Below are positions 8,381 through 18,311 of a stretch of 64,000 nucleotides of DNA, one piece after another. The DNA lies in NCBI GenBank assembly GCA_963799005.1, contig CAWCVK010000001.1:867691-931690 (forward strand), given 5' to 3'. The notes under the pieces are model-generated. The model saw nothing but the letters and a program-made list of their open reading frames with translations, was not told the DNA's origin and did no database searches. Origin of the DNA: Candidatus Dormiibacterota bacterium. GTDB lineage: Bacteria; Chloroflexota; Dormibacteria; Aeolococcales; Aeolococcaceae. The position numbers and the translations under genes are program-made. The stretch's first letter is position 1. Each line of letters starts with the position of its first letter.

Positions 8381-9064
8381 TTGCGCCGCTTCGCCGTGAT
8401 CACGCCCGCCGTGGTCCTCCTGGTCGGCGCGTGCGGCGGACCGTCGATCAACGCGACGTCGTTGCTGAAGACGACCAAGAGCGTTGTCGACAGGACGCCG
8501 TCCTTCCACTTCGTGCTCACCAGTTCCAACGTCACCGGCTCGGGCGCGGCGCTCACCGGCGGACACGGGGACATGAAGCGGCCGGACAGCATGTCCGGGG
8601 TCCTCGAGGTGTCGATCTTCGGGCTGTCGCTCAGCGTGCCCGCCGTGTCGGTGGGGGGCAGGTTCTCGGTGAGACTGCCGACCGGCTCGGGGTTCACCGG
8701 AGCGGATCCGTCCGCGTACGGCTTCGCGGACCCCGCCAGGCTGATCGACCCGAGAAGCGGCCTTTCTTCCCTCCTGCTGCAATGCGGATCCCCCCAGGTC
8801 GAGAGCGACGATCGCTACAACGGTGAGGCGCTGCACGAGATCGGTTGCTCGCTCCCCGGGAAAACCGTCGCCGCGTTGCTCACCAGCGCCGACGCTTCGA
8901 AGAATGTCGCCGCCACCTTCGGCATCGATACCGCCACCGACCAGCTCCGCCGCGTCGTGCTCACCGGACCGTTCATCAGCAAGAGCACGGACAGCACCTA
9001 TACGCTCGTTCTTACCAACTATGGCGAGAACGTGTCAGTGACGCCGCCGCCCGCCAGCGGGTGA
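8381..9064 (+). CDS. LppX/LprAFG-family lipoprotein
   Basis: Lipobox LLVGAC; 'SFHFVL', 'FGIDTATDQLRRVVLTGPF', 'YTLVLTNYGENVSVTPP'. Start uncertain (8381 or 8396). Confidence 0.8.
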   Translation: MRRFAVITPAVVLLVGACGGPSINATSLLKTTKSVVDRTPSFHFVLTSSNVTGSGAALTGGHGDMKRPDSMSGVLEVSIFGLSLSVPAVSVGGRFSVRLPTGSGFTGADPSAYGFADPARLIDPRSGLSSLLLQCGSPQVESDDRYNGEALHEIGCSLPGKTVAALLTSADASKNVAATFGIDTATDQLRRVVLTGPFISKSTDSTYTLVLTNYGENVSVTPPPASG

Positions 9065-10827
9065 ACCCGCGCCGGCGCTGGATCCTCGCGATCGCGGCGG
9101 TGTCGGTGCTCGTCGCCGCGATGGACACCTACGTGATCGTGCTCGCCCTCCCGGCGATCATGGCCGACGTCGGCGTCGGCATCGACCAGCTCCAGGCGGC
9201 GACGCCGATCGTCAGCGGATTCCTGCTCGGCTACATCGTGGTGATGCCCCTGCTCGGCCGGCTCTCCGACATCCACGGCCGCCGACCGCTGCTGCTCCTC
9301 TGCCTGGCGGTCTTCGCCGCGGGTTCGCTGGTCACCGCTTCCGCAACCGACCTCGGGTCGGTGGTGGCGGGCCGAGCGCTCCAGGGCCTCGGCGGCGGCG
9401 GGCTCGTGCCCGTGACCCTCGCCCTGGTCGCGGACCTCTGGCCGCCCGACCGCCGCGGGGTGCCGCTCGGCATCGTCGGGGGCGTGCAGGAGCTCGGGAG
9501 CGTCCTCGGCCCGCTCTACGGCGGGCTCATCCTCAGTGTCGCGTCGTGGCAGCTCATCTTCTGGCTCAACCTCCCCATCGCCGGCGCCCTCGCGCTCGGA
9601 TTGGTCGTCGCCGGTCGCCATGGTGAGCCGACCGCCGCCCCCCCGGCCGGCCGTGCGCGGCTCGACCGCGCCTCGATCTTGCTCGCCTGCGTCGCGCTGG
9701 GGGCCGGGTGCCTGGCGATCGCCGCACCCGGGCCGCTCCGTGACAGCGTCACCTTCGGGGTGGCGTACAGCGCGCTCGGCGGGCTGGTGTGGCTCTCGCC
9801 CATCGCGCTCGTGGCCGCGGGCGCGGCGGCGGCGCTCATCCTCTGGGAGCTGCGCGGACGGCGCTCCACCCGAGGCCTGCTCGCCGTCAGCCGCCTTCCC
9901 AGCCTGGCGGCGAGCGTCGACTGGGCGGGAGCCCTCCTGCTCGGGGCCGCGCTCGCGACCATCATCGTCAGCTTCTCCGCCGAGGACCCCTCCACCGGCG
10001 CGATCTCGCCGGCTGCGCTCTGGCTGCTCCCGCTCGGCGTTGTGGCCGCCGCTGGCTTCGTGGTCAGGGAGCGGCGCGCGCGCCACCCGCTCATCGTCGC
10101 CGGCGACCTCCGGGCCCGAGGCGCCTACGGGGCGCTGCTCACCAACCTCGCTGTGGGGGCCGCGCTGATGGCGGCGCTCCTCGACATCCCCGTGCTCGCC
10201 CGGGCGACCGTGGATCCGAACTCCCAGCTCGGGGCCGCGCTGGTACTCCTTCGGCTCCTGGTGGGCGTGCCGATCGGAGCCGTCGCGGGCGGGTGGCTGT
10301 CCCAGCGCATCGGCAACCGGCTCGTCGCCGCCGCTGGGATGGCGATCACCGCCGCGGCGTTCCTGGCGATGACGCGCTGGACCGCGACCACGCTCGCCGA
10401 CCCGTTCGGTCCGGGGTGGCTGCATCCGAGCGACCCCGTGCTGTTCGCAGGCGGCGTCGGCTTCGGGCTCGCGATCGCCCCGGTCAACGCTTCCATGCTG
10501 GCGTCGGTGCAACCGCGGATGCACGGGCTGGCGTCGGCGCTGGTGGTCGTGGCGCGCATGATCGGCATGCTCGTGGGCATCTCCATCCTCACCGCCGTGA
10601 GCCTGCACATCTTCTATTCGACGGCCTCGGCGTTCCCGTCACCCGCGGCGCTCTGTCCTGCGTCGCCGCTCAGCTGCCCGGCGTATGAGCGCGACGTCAC
10701 CGGCGCGATCGTGACCGAGCTGCACGCCGTGTTTCTCGGCGCCGCGATCTGCGCCGGGCTGGCGGCGATCCTCGCGGCGTCGCTGCTGCGCGGCCGTCGC
10801 GCACGACTGGTGTCCGCAGTCCCGTGA
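9061..10827 (+). CDS. MFS transporter (Rv1410c/P55-like)
   Basis: GRLSDIHGRR motif A, many TM helices, GTGA overlap with the lipoprotein gene. Confidence 0.9.
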   Translation: MNPRRRWILAIAAVSVLVAAMDTYVIVLALPAIMADVGVGIDQLQAATPIVSGFLLGYIVVMPLLGRLSDIHGRRPLLLLCLAVFAAGSLVTASATDLGSVVAGRALQGLGGGGLVPVTLALVADLWPPDRRGVPLGIVGGVQELGSVLGPLYGGLILSVASWQLIFWLNLPIAGALALGLVVAGRHGEPTAAPPAGRARLDRASILLACVALGAGCLAIAAPGPLRDSVTFGVAYSALGGLVWLSPIALVAAGAAAALILWELRGRRSTRGLLAVSRLPSLAASVDWAGALLLGAALATIIVSFSAEDPSTGAISPAALWLLPLGVVAAAGFVVRERRARHPLIVAGDLRARGAYGALLTNLAVGAALMAALLDIPVLARATVDPNSQLGAALVLLRLLVGVPIGAVAGGWLSQRIGNRLVAAAGMAITAAAFLAMTRWTATTLADPFGPGWLHPSDPVLFAGGVGFGLAIAPVNASMLASVQPRMHGLASALVVVARMIGMLVGISILTAVSLHIFYSTASAFPSPAALCPASPLSCPAYERDVTGAIVTELHAVFLGAAICAGLAAILAASLLRGRRARLVSAVP

Positions 10828-12221
10828 CCGCGTCCGTCCGAGAGATCACGCCGGAATCTCCCGAGCTCGAGGACCTCCTCGAGGCGATCGCGACCGCGGC
10901 GCGCACGCTGCAGGTCGAGGTGTACCTCGTGGGCGGATTCGTTCGCGACCGCCTGCTCGGCGGAGCGCAGGGAAAGGACATCGACCTGGTCACGGTCGGG
11001 AGCGATCCCATGCCCTTGCTGGCGGCGGTCGCGTCCGGCTTCGGGTGGCATCCTCCGGAGCGGTTCGAGCGCTTCGGTACCGCGCAGATCCGTGGGGGCG
11101 CGTGGATCGTCGAGGGTGTCCGCGCCCGCGCCGAGCGCTACGACCCCGAATCGCGTAACCCCGAGGTCCGCCCGGGAACACTCGCAGAGGATATCCAGCG
11201 CCGCGACTTCACGGTGAACGCGTTGTGCCAGACCCTCGACGGCGAGGTGATCGACATCACCGGCCTGGGGATCGCCGACCTGCTCGCCGGGGTGCTGAGG
11301 ACGCCGCTCGATCCCGAGGAGACATTCGCGGAGGACCCGCTGCGGATGTACCGAGCGGCTCGCTTCGTGGCCCGGCTGGGGTTCTCGCTCGCTCCCGGGA
11401 CGATCGAGGCGATGCGCGCCCAGGCGGCGAGGACCTCGATCCTCTCCGTCGAGCGGGTCAGCGACGAGCTTCGCCGCCTGCTGGTCGCTCCGCATCCGGG
11501 CGCCGGGATCGCGGTGCTCCACGACGGAGGGCTCCTCGAGCTGGTCCTGCCCGAGCTGGTCGCAGCGATCGGTGTCGAACAGGGCGGCTACCACACCCAC
11601 GACGTCTACGGTCACACCCTCGAGACCATCGACGCCGCACCGCCCGACCTGGTGACGCGCACCGCGGCGCTCCTCCACGACATCGCCAAGCCGCCAACCC
11701 ATGCGATCGCCGCAGACGGACGCCACACCTTCTACGACCACCCCCAGATCGGCGCGGACATCGCCCGGGCGATCCTCACCCGCTGGCGATTCAGCAACGA
11801 CGAGATCAACGACGTGAGCCGGCTGGTCCGCCTCCACCTTCGCCCGATCCAGTACGAGCGCGAGTCCTTCGGCGACGCGGCGGTGCGCCGGCTGATCCGC
11901 GACGCCGGGCCGCTGCGCGACCGGATGCTCGACCTCGCCCGCGCCGACACCACGGCCTCCGCCTACCCGACTCTGGCGGAGCTCGACGAGCTCGGCGAGC
12001 GGATGGCCAGGCTCGACGCCGGGGGCGCGGTGTCCGCGATGGCCGACCCGCTGAGCGGGGAGGAGCTCATGGCGATGGCGGGGCGCGGGCCCGGTCCGTG
12101 GGTGGGACGGGCGAAGGCCGCGATCCGCGAAGCCGTGATTGAGGGAACGATACCGCCGGGCGACGCCGCGCTCGCACGCGCGTGGATCGAGTCGCATCGT
12201 GAGGTCCTGGACGCCGACTGA
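10824..12221 (+). CDS. cca: CCA-adding enzyme / HD-domain tRNA nucleotidyltransferase
   Basis: VGGFVRD, DID, RRDFTVNA, EDPLRMYRA, LLHDIAKP. Confidence 0.92.
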   Translation: MTASVREITPESPELEDLLEAIATAARTLQVEVYLVGGFVRDRLLGGAQGKDIDLVTVGSDPMPLLAAVASGFGWHPPERFERFGTAQIRGGAWIVEGVRARAERYDPESRNPEVRPGTLAEDIQRRDFTVNALCQTLDGEVIDITGLGIADLLAGVLRTPLDPEETFAEDPLRMYRAARFVARLGFSLAPGTIEAMRAQAARTSILSVERVSDELRRLLVAPHPGAGIAVLHDGGLLELVLPELVAAIGVEQGGYHTHDVYGHTLETIDAAPPDLVTRTAALLHDIAKPPTHAIAADGRHTFYDHPQIGADIARAILTRWRFSNDEINDVSRLVRLHLRPIQYERESFGDAAVRRLIRDAGPLRDRMLDLARADTTASAYPTLAELDELGERMARLDAGGAVSAMADPLSGEELMAMAGRGPGPWVGRAKAAIREAVIEGTIPPGDAALARAWIESHREVLDAD

Positions 12222-12402
12222 GCGCACAGCCGTCCGGCGTCGCTGGCGCGTTCGGTCCGGATCGGGCGCGCGCGCAACCAAGGCGCACACCCGTGCGGCG
12301 TCGCTGACGCGTCCGTCCGGATCGGGCGCGAGCGCAACAAAGGCGCACACCCGTGCGGCGTCGCTGACGCGTCCGTCCGGATCGGGCGCGAGCGCAACAA
12401 AG
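12222..12402. repeat. 3 x 60-bp tandem hairpin-rich (REP/BIME-like) repeat
   Basis: Copies at 12222-12282 (diverged), 12283-12342 and 12343-12402 (identical to each other). Confidence 0.95.
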
Positions 12403-12420
12403 TAGAATGCGCGGTTCGAG

Positions 12421-12801
12421 ATGTTGAGCAAGCTTCGCAGCGCCAAACGCCTTTTCGTCGACCTGCCGCGCATGCTGCGGCTCGCGTACTGCCTGATGTT
12501 CGATGCGCGCGTGCCCGGGTACATGAAGCTCGCGTTCGGCGGGGGACTCGCGCTGATCGCGCTGCCGGTGGTCGATCTCCCCGAGTCGCTGCCGGTGATC
12601 GGTGAGCTCGACGTTCTCGCACTCAGCCTGCTCGCCACCCGCGCCTTCATCGCGGCGTGCCCACGTCACATCGTCGCGGAGCAGGAGGAGCTGATCACCC
12701 AGCGGCGCAGCCGCTTCGACGACGACGTCCGCAACGGGGAGCGCATCGCCCTGATGATCTACCGTCGCCTCCGCCCTGAAGAGCGCGAGCCGGTCTCGTG
12801 A
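12421..12801 (+). CDS. YkvA/DUF1232 family membrane protein
   Basis: 'DARVPGYMK..LALIALPVVDLPESLPVIGELD'; TAGAAT -10 at 12403-12408. Confidence 0.8.
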   Translation: MLSKLRSAKRLFVDLPRMLRLAYCLMFDARVPGYMKLAFGGGLALIALPVVDLPESLPVIGELDVLALSLLATRAFIAACPRHIVAEQEELITQRRSRFDDDVRNGERIALMIYRRLRPEEREPVS

Positions 12802-13244
12802 AGGTTCTGTTTCTGAAGGAAGTGGCAGGAACAGCCAAGCCCGGCGACGTGCGCGAGGTCTCACCGGGGTATGCGCGCAACTTCCTGTTCCCGCAGCACC
12901 TCGCGGTGATCGCGGACCAGAACACGGTCGACCAGATCCGGCGGCGTGAGGAGGCGACCCGCCGGCGGGTCGAGAAGGCGCTCATCGACGCCAGGGAGAC
13001 CGCGCAGCGGCTGCGCAAGCTGACCGTCACCGTCTACGCCAAGGCCGGCGAGGCGGGCCGTCTCTTCGGCACCGTCACGACCGCGGACGTCGCCAAGCAG
13101 CTCAAGCGCGAGGCGGGGATCGACATCGACAAGCGGAAGATCGAGATCGATCCGCCGATCCGCTCCCTCGGTCCCCACGAGGCCACCATCGAGCTCCACC
13201 CCGAGGTCACGGAGACACTCAAGGTCGTCGTCGCGGCCCAATGA
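12798..13244 (+). CDS. rplI: 50S ribosomal protein L9
   Basis: MKVLFLKEV..GYARNFLFP..GRLFGTVT..IRSLG. Confidence 0.97.
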   Translation: MKVLFLKEVAGTAKPGDVREVSPGYARNFLFPQHLAVIADQNTVDQIRRREEATRRRVEKALIDARETAQRLRKLTVTVYAKAGEAGRLFGTVTTADVAKQLKREAGIDIDKRKIEIDPPIRSLGPHEATIELHPEVTETLKVVVAAQ

Positions 13245-14615
13245 CCTCTCTCCCGCAGGCCGAGCTGGTGGGACGCGGGGTCACTGCGGGGACAGGTTCG
13301 ATGCGCGTCCCGCCGCACGACAACGAGGCCGAGCAGGCGGTGCTCGGCGGCATCCTCATCGATCGCGAGGCGCTGTCGATCGTGCGCGACGTCCTGGTCC
13401 CCGAGGACTTCTACGCGGAGCGCCACGCGGTGCTCTACCGGGCCGCGCTCGCCCTCGACGATCGTGGCGAGGCGATCGACACGGTGACGCTGCGCGACCA
13501 GCTCGAGCGCGGTCCCGGAATCGGACGCGCCGGCGGCATGGACTACATCGCCGAGCTCACGCTGGTGGTCCCGAGCTCGGCGAGCGTCAAGCACTACGCC
13601 GACATCATCATCGGACACGCGCTGCGCCGCCGCCTCATCGAGGCGGGTGGCATGGTGAGCCGGCTCGGGTTCGACAACACCACCCCGGTGAGCGAGGCGA
13701 TCGACCAGGCGGAGCAGGAAGTCTTCAAGATCGGTCAGGAGAGTCGCGGCTCCGAGATGCGCAACATCGCGCCGGTGGTGCGCGAGTGGTGGGACGTGCT
13801 CGAAAAGCGCATCGAGCACAAGCAGCTGGTCACCGGGGTGCCGACCAACTTCTCGAAGCTCGACATGCTCACCCAGGGGCTGCAGCCGGGTGAGCTCATC
13901 ATCCTGGCGGCGCGCCCCGCCGTCGGCAAGACGTCGTTCGCGCTCAACATCGCTCGCAACGCGGCGGTGCTCGCGGGCCGGCCGGTGGTGGTCTTCTCGC
14001 TCGAGATGTCGCGGCAGTCGCTGGTGCAGCGGCTGATCTGCAGCGAGGCCCACGTCAACTCCTACATGCTCCGCACCGGGCAGGCCGAACTCGATGGCGT
14101 TCCAGAAGATCGCCAAGGCGATGGACACGCTCACCCACGCCGACCTCTGGATCGACAACTCGCCGGGCCTCGCCATCAACACGCTTCGAGCCCGTGCCCG
14201 GCGCATGAAGGCGCAGCACAAGGTCGAGCTGATCGTCATCGACTACCTGCAGCTGATGCAGGGCGGCAGGCGCGATTCCCGGGTCCAGGAGGTGTCCGAC
14301 ATCTCGTCCGGGCTGAAGGCGATCGCCAAGGAGCTCAACGTTCCCGTGCTGGCGCTGTCGCAGCTGTCCCGAGCCGCCGAGCAGCGCGAGAACAAGCGCC
14401 CGCAGCTCAGCGACCTCCGCGACAGCGGCTCGATCGAGCAGGACGCGGACGTCGTGCTCTTCCTCTATCGCGAGGGGATGCACAACCGCGAGATCGACAA
14501 GGGCAAGACCGAACTCATCGTCGCCAAGAACCGCAACGGGCCGGTCGACGACCTGCCCCTGGTCTTCATCGCCGAGCAGACCGCCTTTCGGGAACCCTAT
14601 CTGGCGGCTGAGTAA
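13241..14615 (+). CDS. dnaB: replicative DNA helicase, with +1 frameshift near 14087
   Basis: PPHDNEAEQAVLG, AARPAVGKT, IDYLQL, LSQLSR, RPQLSDLRDSGSIEQDAD, KNRNG. The C-terminal half is in a different frame. Confidence 0.95.
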
Positions 14616-14702
14616 CGCGCCGTCTGCGCATCGCGTTGCAAGGAAGAGTCGCCGTGTCACGGTACGGCCGATGGCACATGGGGGCGGTACAACCCTGATT
14701 CA

Positions 14703-15860
14703 ATGGTGCAGATGAAACGAGCCGTTCAAACCGCCCGCGCCGTGATCGGGTCGCCGTGGACCCGGGTCAGCGGTACGGTGGTCGGGCTCGCCATCCTCGC
14801 CCACTCGATCAACGTGCCACAGGCAGTGGGGAGCCTGGCACACGCCGATCCGCTCTGGATCGCGGCTGCGCTCGGCCTCACCGTGCTCGCGGTCGCCGCC
14901 AGCGTCGTCGAGTGGGGGGTCCTCCTGCGCACCGCGAGCGCCCCCGCTGGCGCCGGCGCCGGCGGCCTGCTCAGCTGGCCACGGCTGAGCTCCACCTACC
15001 TTCAGGGCGTCTTCTTCACCCAGATGCTTCCCGCCGGAGTCGGCGGTGACGCGATGCGCACCGTCGAGATGGGCCGGCAGATCGGCCACGGGCGCGTGCT
15101 CGCATCGCTCGCCGGCAGCAGGCTCGCCGGCATGCTCGGCATGACCTGCTGGGGCATCGCGGCGGCGATCCTGCTTCGCGCCCTGCTCGGGACCGGCATG
15201 GTGATCGTGATCGCCGGGCTCGCGATGGCGGTCGTGGTCATCTGGCTGCTGGCCCTCAGCGCCGACCGGCTGATGCCGCACCGGCTGCTCGCCCGCGTCT
15301 CCGGCGCGATGAGCCGCGGCGCACGCTCCTTCGGTGAGGCGTTCGCCGGGTACCGGAACCATCCGCACGCGGTCGTGCAGTCGCTCCTTGTGGGCGCCGC
15401 CGGCTGGGGATTCAACCTCCTGGCGCTGAGCGTCGCCGCCCGCGCGATCGGCGTGGACCTGAGCTGGACGGTGCTGGCGGTCTGCATCCCGATCACTTTG
15501 CTGGTCGCGCTCGCGCCGTTCAGCATCAACGGACTGGGCCTGCGCGAAGGAGTCCTGGTCGCCTTGCTCTCGCACAGCGGCGTGTCGATCGCACACGCAG
15601 GTGCGATCTCGGTCCTCATCGATCTCCAGATGATCCCGTTCGCCGTGCTCGGGGCCGTGCTCTGGTCGCGCCACCGGCGGAGCTCTCGCTCTCCCGTCGA
15701 GCTCGCGGTCGAGATCGCCGCGATCGATGACACCGTGCTCGCGGGATTGACGCCTGGTGCGCATAGACTTCAGCGGCGTGACCCGGCAGTTCAGCGACTT
15801 CCTGGCGGCCCACGCGGCGCGGATCGCCGACTTGTGGGCGAGGCAGAGATCGCCGGCTGA
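14703..15860 (+). CDS. lysylphosphatidylglycerol synthase TM-domain (UPF0104) protein
   Basis: LPAGVGGDAMR and PFSINGLGLREG motifs. The 3' end overlaps the next gene by 104 nt and may be over-extended. Confidence 0.85.
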   Translation: MVQMKRAVQTARAVIGSPWTRVSGTVVGLAILAHSINVPQAVGSLAHADPLWIAAALGLTVLAVAASVVEWGVLLRTASAPAGAGAGGLLSWPRLSSTYLQGVFFTQMLPAGVGGDAMRTVEMGRQIGHGRVLASLAGSRLAGMLGMTCWGIAAAILLRALLGTGMVIVIAGLAMAVVVIWLLALSADRLMPHRLLARVSGAMSRGARSFGEAFAGYRNHPHAVVQSLLVGAAGWGFNLLALSVAARAIGVDLSWTVLAVCIPITLLVALAPFSINGLGLREGVLVALLSHSGVSIAHAGAISVLIDLQMIPFAVLGAVLWSRHRRSSRSPVELAVEIAAIDDTVLAGLTPGAHRLQRRDPAVQRLPGGPRGADRRLVGEAEIAG

Positions 15861-16893
15861 CGCCGGCGCCCCACCCGACCCGGTTCGAGGCCCGCGCCAG
15901 TTCGTCAACGCCGTGCTGGTGGCGCTCAGCGCCGACGACTTCCGCCCCCTGATCGCCTACCACCACCTGGACGCGGACAGCGGAGTCGAACGCCGGCTCG
16001 AGACGGCGCTCGCCAATCTCACCGCGCTCCGCCAGGCGACCGCGGAAGCGGTCCGCGAGGAGCGGCTCGAGGCCGACGAGACCCTAGCGCTCGCGGCGAC
16101 CACCGCGGACGACATCGAGGCCGTGGGCCAGCGCCTGGCCGCCTCGTGTGTCGCGACGCTCGAGCACCGCCTCTCCAGCGCCACGTCCGAGTCGTCGGCG
16201 CGCGGGACGTCGCTCTCGATCACCATGCACGAGCTCCGCCGGCCGCTCACGATCCTCAACAGCTACGGGCAGCTGCTCAGCGCCGGGATGCTCGGGACGC
16301 TCCCCGAGACCGCGATGGTGGCCATCGAGGGCATCACCGCGAGCACCGAGATGATGGTCCGGATGGTGAACGCGCTCGCCGAGCTGGCCCGCCTCGAGGA
16401 TCCCGACGACCACCTGGCGCTCGAGGTGATCGATGCGGAGGAGGTGGTCAACGAGGCCATCGAGCACGTCGCCATGGAAGCGAGGCTGCGCGAATCGACG
16501 ATCACCAGCGAGACCGAGCAGGGGCTGAGGATGATTGGCGATCGGCGCCGCCTCATCCTGGCGCTGACCAACCTCCTCGGCAACGCCGTCAAGCACGGGC
16601 CGATGGGATCGCCGATCGAGGTGCTGGCCGCGCGCGACGGCGATTCGGTGCGCTTCACGGTCCGCGATCACGGGGCCGGGTTCCCGATCGCGGACACGGG
16701 CCACCTGTTCGACAAGTACTTCCGGTCGGTCGCCGAGCGGCAGCGCAAGGTACCGGGGAGCGGCCTCGGCCTGTACATCGTGCGCACCGTCGCCGAGCGG
16801 CACGGGGGAACGGTCGCCGCCCGGAGCGTTCCCGGGAGCGGCGCCGAGTTCGACATGACCGTCCCGCTGCACCGAGAGGAGACGACCGGATGA
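15757..16893 (+). CDS. soluble sensor histidine kinase (HisKA + HATPase)
   Basis: HELRRPL H-box, NLLGNAVKH N-box, DHGAG G1, GSGLGL G2; no TM segment. Confidence 0.9.
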   Translation: MRIDFSGVTRQFSDFLAAHAARIADLWARQRSPADAGAPPDPVRGPRQFVNAVLVALSADDFRPLIAYHHLDADSGVERRLETALANLTALRQATAEAVREERLEADETLALAATTADDIEAVGQRLAASCVATLEHRLSSATSESSARGTSLSITMHELRRPLTILNSYGQLLSAGMLGTLPETAMVAIEGITASTEMMVRMVNALAELARLEDPDDHLALEVIDAEEVVNEAIEHVAMEARLRESTITSETEQGLRMIGDRRRLILALTNLLGNAVKHGPMGSPIEVLAARDGDSVRFTVRDHGAGFPIADTGHLFDKYFRSVAERQRKVPGSGLGLYIVRTVAERHGGTVAARSVPGSGAEFDMTVPLHREETTG

Positions 16894-18310
16894 CCGGCCC
16901 GGCGACCAGAACCGAAAGAACTCGATGGGCGAATTCGAGGTGCCGGCCGACGCCTACTACGGCGCCAGCACGATGCGCGCGAAGGTCAACTTCCCGATCA
17001 GCGACCTCCGCCTGCCCCGCGGCTTCATCCGCGCCCTCGGACTGATCAAGCAGCAGGCCGCGATCGTCAACCGCGAGCTCGGGCTGCTCGACGAGGATCG
17101 CGCCGGAGCAATCGTCCGAGCCGCCCAGGACGTCGTCGACGGCGCGCTGGACGCCGAGTTCATCGTCGACGTCTTCCAGACCGGCAGCGGCACCTCGACC
17201 AACATGAACGCCAACGAGGTCATCGCCAACCGGGCGATCGAGCTCCTCGGCGGAGTGCGCGGGTCTCGCGCCCCGGTGCATCCCAACGACCACGTCAACC
17301 TCGGCCAGTCGAGCAACGACGTGATCCCGACCGCGATCCAGGTTGCGGCCGCGGTCTCGATCCGCGAGGACACCGTCCCCGGCCTGCAGGTCCTCGAGGC
17401 GTCGCTGCGACGCAAATCGGAAGAGCTGTGGCCGGTCATCAAGACCGGTCGCACCCACCTGCAGGACGCGACCCCGATCAGGCTCGGTCAGGAGTTCCTC
17501 GGCTACGCGGGTCAGGCCGAGCGCACCCGGCTCCGCTGTGAGGAGGCGATCGCGGCGCTCGCCGAGCTGCCCCTGGGCGGGACCGCGGTCGGGACCGGGG
17601 TGGGAACCCACCCGGACTTCCCGCCCAAGGTGATCGCGCTGCTGGCCGCCGACCTGGGAATCCCCTTTCGGGAAACCGACAATCACTTCAGCGGGCAGTC
17701 GACGCTCGACGCCGTCGTCGCCGCCAGCGGCGCGCTTCGCGCCGTTGCCGTCGCGATGTACAAGATCGCCGGCGACATCCGGCTGCTCGGCTGCGGACCG
17801 CGCGCCGGCATCGCGGAGATCGCCATACCGGAGGTGCAGCCCGGGTCCTCGATCATGCCGGGCAAGGTGAATCCGGTCATCTGCGAGTCGGTGACCATGG
17901 TCGCCGCCCAGGTGATCGGCAACGACGCCACGATCGCGTTCTGCGGAGCCGCCGGATCGCTGCTCGAGCTCAACGTGATGATGCCGGTCGCCGCCTACGA
18001 CCTCCTGCAGTCGGCGTCGCTGCTGGCCGCGTCCGCGCGCAACCTGGCGACGCAGTGCGTCGACGGCATCACCGCAACCGAGAACGGCCCCGCCATGGTC
18101 GAGCGAGGGCTCATGCTCGGCACCGCGCTCGCCCCCAGGATCGGATATGACGCGGCCGCGGCGATCGCCAAGGAGGCGTACCGCACCGGACGGACGGTGC
18201 GCGAGGTCGCCCGCGAACGCAGCGGCCTCGACGAGGCCGAGTTGAACCGGCTGCTCGACGCCGAGGCGATGACCCGCCCCGGACGCGACGGCGGGCCGGT
18301 CGGAGGCTGA
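16890..18310 (+). CDS. fumC: class II fumarate hydratase; N-terminus apparently frameshifted near 16918
   Basis: FQTGSGTSTNMNANE, KTGRTHLQDA, GSSIMPGKVNP. ATG 16890 is coupled to the HK stop and 'RTE' is out of frame with 'SMGE'. Confidence 0.93.
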
Positions 18311-18311
18311 A

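Noticed and set aside
12222-12402. CRISPR array
   Set aside because: Units are directly tandem with no spacers, and no cas genes are present.
13241-14615. dnaB pseudogene, intein or programmed frameshift
   Set aside because: All motifs intact, normal length, no slippery site; shares the lesion motif with unrelated genes.
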